A stretch of 64,000 nt of DNA, taken from positions 96,001 to 160,000 of the forward strand of contig CAVVXH010000010.1 in NCBI GenBank assembly GCA_963752155.1. Reading direction: 5' to 3'. A program made the position numbers and the translations under genes. Of this stretch, positions 55,796 through 64,000 are shown one piece after another (position 1 is the stretch's first letter; each line of letters opens with the position of its first letter). This DNA comes from an uncultured Parachlamydiaceae bacterium. GTDB lineage: Bacteria; Chlamydiota; Chlamydiia; Chlamydiales; Parachlamydiaceae. Under the pieces are notes generated by a model. The model was given only the letters and a program-made list of their open reading frames with translations, searched no databases and was not told the DNA's origin.

Positions 55796-58366
55796 TTAAT
55801 TTATCGTCGATATTGAGTAAAATCCTTCAGATAGATTTCCAATAAAGGGGGGATTTTTTCGGAGCTGAAGTTGAATATAATGAGATTGTTGATCAAAACA
55901 ATGGGGATTAAATTGGGGATTCCCTTGATTTGGATCGCCTAAGATTTGGCCTGATTCTCCTAACGCAAGAATACTTTTCATATGAATATGCTTTGGAGTG
56001 AATTCCGCAATCATATAAAATCCTGAAGCATTAAAGATGTTCATCGTTTGAACAGACCCTAGGATGAGATTATTGAAGCTATAGACTCCTCGTTGCCCTT
56101 TTCCCCAGGGACGAGCATTAAAGCCGCCTAAGATATCCAAAGCATGGTCAAGAGATTCCACGATAATCTGATCAACAGGGGGTTGGTTAGTTAGCCATCC
56201 ATCGAAGAATACCTTGTTATTATAGGCAAGTTTTAAAATTCTTGAAAGTGTGTTGCCGGGTCCTACGATACTATTCGTCGTTCCCTCTACGTTATAGGTT
56301 GGGAGCGGATCTGAAGGGGTGCTTGCCGCAACTTCTCTTGATGTTCCGGCGATGAATGGATTCATAATGGTACTTGTTACCGTATTTAACCAAACACTTC
56401 CCAAAATAGCTTTATCGCTTATATTCGTGCTATTTAAAATGTTGTTTAAGCTGCCGTCAAACCATGCACCTTTGTAATCTTTGAGAAAGGCAATGGCCTG
56501 TAGACGTGCAGGAGTAGGATTGTTTTGGACAGCTTTGAAAAATCGTTTTTTGAAGAGGGCAGTAAAGAGGTCTGCATCTCTGTCTGGATCGGAATTATCA
56601 TAAGGCGTATTGCTATTTGCTACATATTGTCTTAAATTGAGCTGTTTTAAATCCTTAAATGACAGTTTACGTATCTCTTGAATCACTTTATCAAACCAGT
56701 AGACTCGATTGAGTCCCATTCCAGACACTGTATCGTCCGATCCTTCAGCCCCTTGTTGAAATAAGCTGTTCCAGGCGGCATAGTAACCTTGATCGGAGTT
56801 CATGTCTAAAAGAGGATTTCTTGCGATTTTAGCATAGGTGTAGAGATGGTCAGAAGGGACAGGGGTGTGTTCTATCCCTTGAGGAAGGCGACGATCATAT
56901 TTTTTGGGTAAAGAGGTCCAACCTCCTGTATGGAAGGCTGCAATATTGTTTTGAGAATCAACATATTGACCTTCGAGCAAAACGATATCTGATTGAAACT
57001 GTGGATTGAGAAAACTGTTGATGAAGCCGTCAAGATTTTTGGCAAATGCTCCTTCAATAAAAGCATTAAGTGCACGTAACTGTTTTCCAATGAACACCGA
57101 ACGAAGCGTTAACATCATTCCGGAAGTTGGATCCATTTGGAGAACCCAGCCTCCAGACTTACTTCGATAAACATCCAATGTGGTATCCGGAGAACCTAAG
57201 ACTTTAATTGTGATGCTACGTGTTTGTTTGGGGTCGATATTATTCATCGATTCAAAAAGAAAATCGTTTGAGGGAAGATGACCAACTTGTAATGCTACGC
57301 CATAATCATTAAACACACCAAGCATGATGAAAGGTAAAGAGGGGATTGTAAAGAAATTGCCTCTAGTTCCCAGTTCATTGTGGTCGAATCTGATTTGATA
57401 AAAATCGCTAGGTTGGTTGAAATTCGGTTGAGGGGCTGTTCGGATCATAGGGTTGCCTGAAAGGGATTTTTTTGAGCTAAAAACCATTCCATTGCTTCCT
57501 AAAGAAGGTTTTCCTGATTTGTCGTGTAAGTTTCTTATTCTTTTAAACTTTTCAGAGAATTTTTTGCTGATTTCAGAAAATTGGGGCTGTATGGATTGTG
57601 CGTCTATGTCTGGGCTGTGAAGTTCTTCTAAAGGCTGATCTTCTGAGGAGTCCTCTTGATTGGGCACGATGGTATATTGAGACTTGATTTGATAAGTCGT
57701 AGGATCAATATCGTTAAAAATTTCTTTGGCTTTTTTAAACCCAAAGTTTTCAATTAAAAGGTATAGATCGTTAAGATTATCTAGTTGATAATTTGGAATG
57801 GATGATTGTGAAAATTGTTGTAAGATGAATTGATTTGTGCGAAGGATGTCATAGAGAGTAAATTTAGGAACAGGATTGTTTGCACCAAAACCGATAGTTT
57901 TAAGTTCATAAGGTAAGATCGATTGGTCTGCGTTGACCTGAGCTACAACTCGATTAAGACCTTTTACATAAGAGTGATAAAAATCTATTGTTTTAGGTGT
58001 GAAGTCATTATCGATCTGCTTCTGAACTTCCTTATTGGTATAATTAATTTGGCATTGAAAAATATCAGAGTCAATAAAATCAGATCCTAGATATTGTGAA
58101 GCTCTCCCATTAGCCAGCTGGGTGACAAAGAAAATTTGCCAAAGTCGATCTTGACCCTGCACAAAACCTATGGATTCAGCTAGTTCTTTAAGGTTTCCTC
58201 CTTGGATATAAGGCATTCCAAATTCGTCACGTGTGATTTTAAGTTTATTTGGATGAGAGGAGCTATTATTTTTGTCTAAAGCTTCGTTCTTATAGGAATG
58301 ATCAGCTTTTAATGTGAAAGAGGCGACAGCAGCTAAAGAACATAGGATGAATGTCTGGATACGCAT
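55796..58366 (-). CDS. Penicillin acylase / AHL acylase family Ntn hydrolase (exported)
   Basis: Signal peptide. ITRDEFGMPYI, GFVQGQDRLWQ, spacer then GSNG (beta-chain N-terminal Ser) ...SGNPM, WNS and GESG motifs. Confidence 0.87.
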   Translation of the reverse strand: MRIQTFILCSLAAVASFTLKADHSYKNEALDKNNSSSHPNKLKITRDEFGMPYIQGGNLKELAESIGFVQGQDRLWQIFFVTQLANGRASQYLGSDFIDSDIFQCQINYTNKEVQKQIDNDFTPKTIDFYHSYVKGLNRVVAQVNADQSILPYELKTIGFGANNPVPKFTLYDILRTNQFILQQFSQSSIPNYQLDNLNDLYLLIENFGFKKAKEIFNDIDPTTYQIKSQYTIVPNQEDSSEDQPLEELHSPDIDAQSIQPQFSEISKKFSEKFKRIRNLHDKSGKPSLGSNGMVFSSKKSLSGNPMIRTAPQPNFNQPSDFYQIRFDHNELGTRGNFFTIPSLPFIMLGVFNDYGVALQVGHLPSNDFLFESMNNIDPKQTRSITIKVLGSPDTTLDVYRSKSGGWVLQMDPTSGMMLTLRSVFIGKQLRALNAFIEGAFAKNLDGFINSFLNPQFQSDIVLLEGQYVDSQNNIAAFHTGGWTSLPKKYDRRLPQGIEHTPVPSDHLYTYAKIARNPLLDMNSDQGYYAAWNSLFQQGAEGSDDTVSGMGLNRVYWFDKVIQEIRKLSFKDLKQLNLRQYVANSNTPYDNSDPDRDADLFTALFKKRFFKAVQNNPTPARLQAIAFLKDYKGAWFDGSLNNILNSTNISDKAILGSVWLNTVTSTIMNPFIAGTSREVAASTPSDPLPTYNVEGTTNSIVGPGNTLSRILKLAYNNKVFFDGWLTNQPPVDQIIVESLDHALDILGGFNARPWGKGQRGVYSFNNLILGSVQTMNIFNASGFYMIAEFTPKHIHMKSILALGESGQILGDPNQGNPQFNPHCFDQQSHYIQLQLRKNPPFIGNLSEGFYSISTIN

Positions 58367-58448
58367 TTTTCTTGACCTCGCCTTTTAAAATGTTTTGGAT
58401 TTCAAATTTCTTTTTATATTTTAAAAATTTAAAATTCAAAATATTTTT

Positions 58449-59777
58449 TTAAAGCGGAGGGATTGGAAACCATCCGGCTAAGTAGAGTGGGTAATACTGG
58501 ACTTTTTTTTCCTGGTCTATTTTAAATGGACGTCCACTAAATATAACTTGAAAGGGAGGGCTATATTTCTCTGAAAATAATTTTAAACTTTTTGCCTTAA
58601 CTTGCGATCCTGATTTGACTTCAATAGGGACAACACAATCATCTATTTCTAACATAAACTCAATCTCAGCAGTCTTTTCTTGCCAGCTAAAAAGAGCGTC
58701 TCTTCCAAAGGCAAGAAGCTCCTGAGCAATGAAGTTTTCAGCGAAATATCCCTTGTAGCTCCCATAATCAGCTTCAAGGATAGATTTTGGAGAAAGAGAA
58801 CTCATATATCCTAGGAGGCCCACATCAAAGAGTAATAATTTGAATATATTCTCGCGCGAATACGCTTTAAACGGGAGGAGTCCGCTATTGGTAATATGCA
58901 CTTTAATAATAAGGCCTGCAGCTTCAAGCCAATCAATTGCGCTTGCAAGTCTGTCATAATGAGTTATACCTGGAACGATTCCTCTAAATCTAAATCTTGC
59001 AACTGATCCATCATGGATTTGATTGAGTTGAGTGGGAATGGCTTGAAAAACGCGATCGATATGCATTGCGTTGACTTTTCCGGAGTGTTTTGCAATGTCT
59101 GCATAATAAGAATTAAGAAGATCACTTTGCTTTTTCCTGACGAGGGAGAATGTTTGAAAGAGATCCTTTTTATCCTGACAATAAGTTAAAACACACTCCG
59201 GCAATCCTCCAACAATGAAATAATGTTTTAGTTTCTCTAATAAATGATCATGGATAATTTCCGGAATGGTGTCATTCGCGTGAAGCTTTTGTATAATTGG
59301 CAACGATTTATCATTTGAAGCTATCAAAAATTCTTCGAATGTCATCGCTCGTAAAACTTCAAACGTCACTTTGCCTACAGGAAAGGATACATTATTTAAA
59401 TGAATGCCTAAAAGAGAACCGGCTCCGCATAAGTGTAGTTGTGGGCACTCTTCTTGAAAGTATTTTAAACTCGTCAATGCTTTAGGTATTTCCTGGATTT
59501 CATCAAAAATGACTAGATCATTTTTAATGTCAATAGGATGTTCAAGAAAAATACTTAATTCATTTATGATTCGATGAGGATCAAGATTGGGTTCAAAAAT
59601 TTTCTTAAGATTAGGTTCCTTTTCGAAATTAATGTAATGGTAGGCTGGAAAATGAAGTTTGCCAAATTCCTTTAAAAGGTGGGTTTTGCCTACTTGTCTG
59701 ACGCCTTTGAGGAGTAGGGGTTTTCGCGATTTTTCTTTTTTCCATTTTAATAAAGTATCCATCATCTTGCGTTGCAT
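58449..59777 (-). CDS. AAA_14-type ATPase with DUF4143 domain
   Basis: GVRQVGKT, FDEIQ, AGSLLG, FPVGKV, VGGLPE, DVGLL and EIEF...PIEVKSG motifs. Confidence 0.9.
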   Translation of the reverse strand: MQRKMMDTLLKWKKEKSRKPLLLKGVRQVGKTHLLKEFGKLHFPAYHYINFEKEPNLKKIFEPNLDPHRIINELSIFLEHPIDIKNDLVIFDEIQEIPKALTSLKYFQEECPQLHLCGAGSLLGIHLNNVSFPVGKVTFEVLRAMTFEEFLIASNDKSLPIIQKLHANDTIPEIIHDHLLEKLKHYFIVGGLPECVLTYCQDKKDLFQTFSLVRKKQSDLLNSYYADIAKHSGKVNAMHIDRVFQAIPTQLNQIHDGSVARFRFRGIVPGITHYDRLASAIDWLEAAGLIIKVHITNSGLLPFKAYSRENIFKLLLFDVGLLGYMSSLSPKSILEADYGSYKGYFAENFIAQELLAFGRDALFSWQEKTAEIEFMLEIDDCVVPIEVKSGSQVKAKSLKLFSEKYSPPFQVIFSGRPFKIDQEKKVQYYPLYLAGWFPIPPL

Positions 59778-59820
59778 ATTTTCCTCCTTAATAACAAAAT
59801 TGACTGATGCGGAATACTAA

Positions 59821-59968
59821 GAAAAATTAAACGCAAAGGCACGAAGGCGCAAAGAGCACAAAGAGATCTTACATGTAAAGTATAAATTTTACCTATTTTT
59901 TCTTTAAACTGAAGATTCTTCGCGTAAGATCTCTTTGTGCTCTTTGCGCCTTTGCGTTTAGTTTTTTC
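59821..59968. repeat. REPIN-like inverted repeat built from 9-mer CGCAAAGGC-type units
   Basis: AAACGCAAAGGC...GCGCAAAGAGCACAAAGAGATCTTAC pairs with GTAAGATCTCTTTGTGCTCTTTGCGCCTTTGCGTTTA. Confidence 0.8.
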
Positions 59969-60035
59969 CTATACTTCATATCATAATATCGCAGCATCTT
60001 TTTTCATCTAAACTACCTGCATTTCCTTAGGTTAA

Positions 60036-60128
60036 CAAAAAAGTAGATTTTTGTCACTTTTATCGTCAAAAAAGTGACAGATTTTGTCACTTTTATCGTC
60101 AAAAAAGTGACAGATTTTGTCACTTTTT
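60036..60128. repeat. 33-bp tandem repeat (~2.5 copies) of alternating TGTCACTTTT / AAAAGTGACA half-sites
   Basis: Unit ATTTTGTCACTTTTATCGTCAAAAAAGTGACAG at 60048, 60081 and partially at 60114. Confidence 0.85.
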
Positions 60129-60144
60129 CTCATAAAAATGAGAT

Positions 60145-60582
60145 CTAGAAAAAATTAGCCGCCGCTTCTGTGTCAAGAATTCCCACAAAGATTCCAAATG
60201 CTGCGCAAGGAAAATGCTTTTTAGCATTCATTAAATTGATGATTCCCCCCGAGAACGTAAATCGCCTTTGTTCTTCAAGGCTCCTTGCATTATAAAGAAA
60301 GTTAAGGGGAGCTCCTATGGTTAACGTAAAAACACCCATAGCTACGTGAGCTATTGAATCTATAAGTGCGGTCGGTAGGATGAGAAGATTTACTGCGCGT
60401 GGGCCAAATTCATTCCATAAAAAGGCCCCCCAGGCCGCACTTTTATTTTTAGATTCCTTATACCAAGAGTGGGTAAAGGACGTAAGTATTCGTGTGAGAC
60501 TAAAATTTTCATGGAGTTGATAAGGGCTTGCATGGTTTTTTACATTCATAAGAATCTTCTTGCAATGATCGCTTATAGTCAA
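60145..60582 (-). CDS. Hypothetical membrane protein
   Basis: 145-aa ORF with hydrophobic segments downstream of tkt. Start uncertain. Confidence 0.45.
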   Translation of the reverse strand: MTISDHCKKILMNVKNHASPYQLHENFSLTRILTSFTHSWYKESKNKSAAWGAFLWNEFGPRAVNLLILPTALIDSIAHVAMGVFTLTIGAPLNFLYNARSLEEQRRFTFSGGIINLMNAKKHFPCAAFGIFVGILDTEAAANFF

Positions 60583-60662
60583 TCAGAAAAATTAAGAGAA
60601 ATTAATGATCTCAGGGCGGTATCCACCCTGAGAATTGAGTTTTTCATGAAAAAACATCTACC

Positions 60663-62696
60663 TTACAAAATGTTCTCCATGATCGATTCAACGGTAAAGC
60701 CAAATTCTTTGGCTAACATACTTTGCGGGGCTGAGGCACCAAACGTATCAATACAAATAGGGATGCCGTCAGAGCCGATGTATTTATGCCAGCCTTGTTC
60801 GACACCAGCTTCAATGCTCACGCGTTTGCCTAAATTTCCTCCAAGAACGCTATCTTTGTACTCTGGATTTTGTTTTTCATAAAGTTCCCAACAGGGCATA
60901 GAGACAACGCGAACTGATTTTCCTAATTTTTCAAGTTCAAGAGCTACATCGATGGCAAGATGAAGTTCAGAACCGGTGGCTATTAACGTATAGTCGGGAG
61001 ATTTTCCTTGAGGTTCTTTTTTTAAGATATAGGCACCTCGTCCTACGCCTTCTGAATATGAACGTTTTGTGAGTCCTAAATCTGGTAAACTTTGACGGGA
61101 AAGCACTAAAGCTGTTGGGCCGCTATAATTCAATGCTGCAATCCACGCCATTTTTACTTCATTTTGATCCCCAGGCCGGATCACATGCAGATTAGGGATT
61201 GCGCGTAGTGCTGCCAAATGCTCGATAGGTTGATGAGTAGGACCGTCTTCTCCAAGGAAAATCGAATCGTGAGTGAATTGATAAATCACATGTTCTTTCA
61301 TGAGGGAGCATAGGCGTATGGCATTGCGCATATAGTCTGAAAAAGTTAAAAAAGTTCCAATGAATGGCACAAACATTCTTGTCTGTGCAAGCCCAGTAGC
61401 CATTGTCGCCATTCCGAATTCACGTACACCAAATTTGATGTTACGTCCACGATAGTCTTTTGGGGCTATGAGAGGGTATTTTGCAAGCATAGTTAAATCT
61501 GAGCCTGATAGGTCTGCAGAGCCTCCTATAAACCAAGGAAGTAGATCTGCAAGTAGGTTGAGAACTTCATTTGAAGCTTTTCGACTTGCAATCGGAGCTT
61601 TAATGGCTAATGCTTCTAATTTTTCTTCTAGATCATTAGGGACTTTATGATGGGCATAGGTTTCGAATTCTTTCAATTTGTCTGGGTTTGCCTTGCTCCA
61701 TTGATCAAAAAGTTTCTTCCAGTCATCTTCTGAATGTATATCTTGAGAAAGTTTTTTACTAAAAAAATCTGTCACTGACTGAGGGACGTAAAAAGGATCC
61801 TGAGGTATTCCCAAAGCAGCTTTCGTCTCCTGAACCTCTTCGACGCCAAGAGGCGCTCCGTGAGCTTTGTAAGAACCAGCTTTATGCGGAGATCCTTTAC
61901 CGATAATTGTGTGGGCGATGATTAAGCGAGGACAAGTTTGGTTATATCTTGCTTGGTTTATTACAGAAGCTACAGCATCGATGTCATTGCCATCCACTTC
62001 AAAAACTTCCCAACCATAAGCTTCATAACGTAGCCGTGTATTTTCAGAACAAGATTGGCTCAAAGGGCCATCAAGAGTGACATGATTCGAGTCATAGATA
62101 GCGATGATATTGTTGAGTTGCAGGTGTCCAGCGAGAGAAGACACCTCAGAGGTGACACCCTCCATAATACATCCATCACCCATAAGGACAAAGACTTTGC
62201 TATCGATGATTTTTTGTTCGCTCGTATTAAAGCGAGTCGCTAGCATTTTGAGGCCTAAGGCGGTTCCTATAGCGTTCCCCAATCCTTGCCCTAGAGGGCC
62301 TGTGGTTGTTTCGACACCTTCAGTATCTCGAGATTCTGGATGTCCAGGGGTTTTAGAATGAAGTTGTCGGAAATTTTTGATATCCTCGAGGCTCAGGTTA
62401 TATCCAGAGAGGTGTAAACAAGAATAAAGCAACATGGAGCCGTGTCCGGCTGAAAGAATGAAACGATCGCGGTTTATCCAGTTTGGGTTCTTTGGATTGT
62501 GCCTTAAAGCTACTCCGTATAGGTAGGCTCCGATTTCTGCACACCCCATGGGTAAGCCAGGATGACCTGAATCTGCTTTTTGCACCGCGTCCATGGATAG
62601 GCCACGAATTGTCATTGCAATTTTGATGAGTTGTTGCTTAAGGTCTGGATCTAAGTGGTTTTTTTCGTAAGAATCTACGTTATTTTCACTATTCAT
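60663..62696 (-). CDS. tkt: Transketolase
   Basis: SGHPGLPMG, DRFILSAGH, TGPLGQG, GDGCIMEG, GVREFGM and HDSIFLGEDGPTHQP motifs. Confidence 0.98.
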   Translation of the reverse strand: MNSENNVDSYEKNHLDPDLKQQLIKIAMTIRGLSMDAVQKADSGHPGLPMGCAEIGAYLYGVALRHNPKNPNWINRDRFILSAGHGSMLLYSCLHLSGYNLSLEDIKNFRQLHSKTPGHPESRDTEGVETTTGPLGQGLGNAIGTALGLKMLATRFNTSEQKIIDSKVFVLMGDGCIMEGVTSEVSSLAGHLQLNNIIAIYDSNHVTLDGPLSQSCSENTRLRYEAYGWEVFEVDGNDIDAVASVINQARYNQTCPRLIIAHTIIGKGSPHKAGSYKAHGAPLGVEEVQETKAALGIPQDPFYVPQSVTDFFSKKLSQDIHSEDDWKKLFDQWSKANPDKLKEFETYAHHKVPNDLEEKLEALAIKAPIASRKASNEVLNLLADLLPWFIGGSADLSGSDLTMLAKYPLIAPKDYRGRNIKFGVREFGMATMATGLAQTRMFVPFIGTFLTFSDYMRNAIRLCSLMKEHVIYQFTHDSIFLGEDGPTHQPIEHLAALRAIPNLHVIRPGDQNEVKMAWIAALNYSGPTALVLSRQSLPDLGLTKRSYSEGVGRGAYILKKEPQGKSPDYTLIATGSELHLAIDVALELEKLGKSVRVVSMPCWELYEKQNPEYKDSVLGGNLGKRVSIEAGVEQGWHKYIGSDGIPICIDTFGASAPQSMLAKEFGFTVESIMENIL

Positions 62697-62769
62697 CGAT
62701 TCTACCTCGGTTGTTATCTGGTTTTGTTACAGAAGCTTAATGTATCTTTTTTTCAACTTAATCGGCAAG

Positions 62770-62935
62770 AAAAACGTGGCCTTGTTCACTTCTTCGCTCA
62801 ATTATTCCTCCTCTGTGTTCTCTGTGATCTCTGTGGTAGATTTTTTTTTACCACAGAGATCACAGAGAACACAGAGGAGGAATAATTGAGCGAAAGTTTC
62901 TCGTGTACAGGTGAACATAGCCAAAAACGTGGCCT
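62770..62935. repeat. Palindromic element (CTCTGTG 9-mer units) flanked by a 13-bp direct repeat AAAAACGTGGCCT
   Basis: Perfect ~46-bp arms at 62793-62838 and 62849-62894, outer TGTTCAC/GTGAACA, and direct repeats at 62770-62782 and 62923-62935. Confidence 0.85.
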
Positions 62936-63974
62936 AAGCCTTCAAGAATTTTATAACTTCAGACACGAGTCGTTGAGTTGTCTGTTCGTTTTCAAGAAGG
63001 CTATTCACGAAATTGATAAGCAGGTTTAGTGCTACCCTTTTATCGACTTGTTTAGAAGGATTCATTCCTAAATCACCAAGATATGATACGACTTCTGGAA
63101 ACTTAATATTATATGATTCAACGATTAAATTGAAAATCAGTCCAGCGGAAACAGAAACCGAACGAGCTTTAAGTAAGCATAATTCATCTTGTTCTTTTTC
63201 TGTTAGAAAAGACTTTTCTTCAAGAATCTGTATTCTTTTTATTCCACCAACACTTTGCAAACTAGATACTATAGACTCATATATTTTCTGAGTAGATATA
63301 TTTGTACTGACTTGATCGAGTAAATTTTTCAGTTGGAAAGTGAAATCTGGGGCATAACTTTCCCTAAGGGAACGAAGGTCTCTTTGCTGTTGTGCTGCAG
63401 CAAGGTGATTTGTAAAATTAACTAATAAGGGCGCTAATATCCCTTGTTCTTTTGATTCTTCATAGGAAGGTATTTTTCCTTCTTTTAAGTTTGCAATCAA
63501 ATAATTCAAATCATCTTTCATTTTTTTTATGAATCCTTCGATAGAAATATTTAAATTGAAATTAACCGAATCAAGATTTAAACAAGTATCTCCAAATTCT
63601 TGTATTTTTTTAATTGCAGAATGCTTTTGAAGACCATTGATGGACTTGTTCGCCATACTGATTACAGGATCCTTCAGCCTCATTCCTTGTAGAAGTTCAC
63701 CGGCAATCATTATCGTAAAATCATTCAGTGATTTTATAGGATCTGGAGTAGTTCTATTTATAACTTTTTGTAAATTGATGCTATTATTTAAATTACTTAA
63801 TATTAAAATTAATTTTTCTCGTAAATTGTTAACGTCAGCCTTGTTAAGAGCTTTCACATCACTCGTTTCACTCTGTTTAAGTACGCTAAGCAATTGAGCT
63901 AATGATACATGTTTTAATTCATCATTTGGATTTGTCTTGAACCAATCAAATAACGTAGAAATCATTTCCTTCAA
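62934..63974 (-). CDS. Hypothetical alpha-helical protein (may extend 5' beyond the window)
   Basis: 346-aa open frame with no recognisable motif. Confidence 0.6.
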   Translation of the reverse strand: MKEMISTLFDWFKTNPNDELKHVSLAQLLSVLKQSETSDVKALNKADVNNLREKLILILSNLNNSINLQKVINRTTPDPIKSLNDFTIMIAGELLQGMRLKDPVISMANKSINGLQKHSAIKKIQEFGDTCLNLDSVNFNLNISIEGFIKKMKDDLNYLIANLKEGKIPSYEESKEQGILAPLLVNFTNHLAAAQQQRDLRSLRESYAPDFTFQLKNLLDQVSTNISTQKIYESIVSSLQSVGGIKRIQILEEKSFLTEKEQDELCLLKARSVSVSAGLIFNLIVESYNIKFPEVVSYLGDLGMNPSKQVDKRVALNLLINFVNSLLENEQTTQRLVSEVIKFLKA

Positions 63975-64000
63975 GGCGTTAAATCCATTATCATCTAAAA

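Noticed and set aside
60036..60128. Possible CRISPR array
   Set aside because: Units are contiguous with identical intervening sequence, there are no unique spacers, and no cas genes are in the window.

Overview
Chromosomal window from an environmental member of the phylum Chlamydiae. The 16S 5' end reads GAATTTGATCTTGGTTCAGATTGAATGCTGACGGCGTGGATGAGGCAT, and the hypothetical-rho-coaE-polA...sohB and mraY-murD-LysM gene orders are chlamydial. The housekeeping backbone comprises xerC, mraY, murD, LysM, pgi, lgt, tRNA-Pro, rho, coaE, polA (two apparent +1 frameshifts), sohB, a PIN-PhoH gene, tkt, and a complete 16S-tRNA(Ala)-tRNA(Ile)-23S-5S operon. Accessory content is interleaved with it: (i) a ~6 kb island (double J-domain protein, 162-nt group IIC intron remnant, patatin, two paralogous hairpin-membrane proteins) bracketed by a ~465-bp duplication of the 3' end of a penicillin-acylase-family gene; (ii) a convergent pair of decayed ~900-aa paralogues with Cys/Met-lyase-like PLP motifs; (iii) a plant-type tandem D-Ala-D-Ala ligase; (iv) three solo AAA/DUF4143 ATPase-nucleases, each with a different upstream palindrome array; (v) an AAA/PD-(D/E)XK gene flanked by a 64-bp duplicated promoter; (vi) an SDR-LuxR-2OG oxygenase module with a repeated CCGTA-N5-TACGG box; (vii) F-box-like repeat proteins; (viii) internally deleted gene remnants; (ix) many unrelated intergenic palindromic (REP/REPIN/MITE-like) elements. 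No CRISPR array, intact transposase or prophage was seen. All family assignments come from motif recognition by eye, not from database searches.
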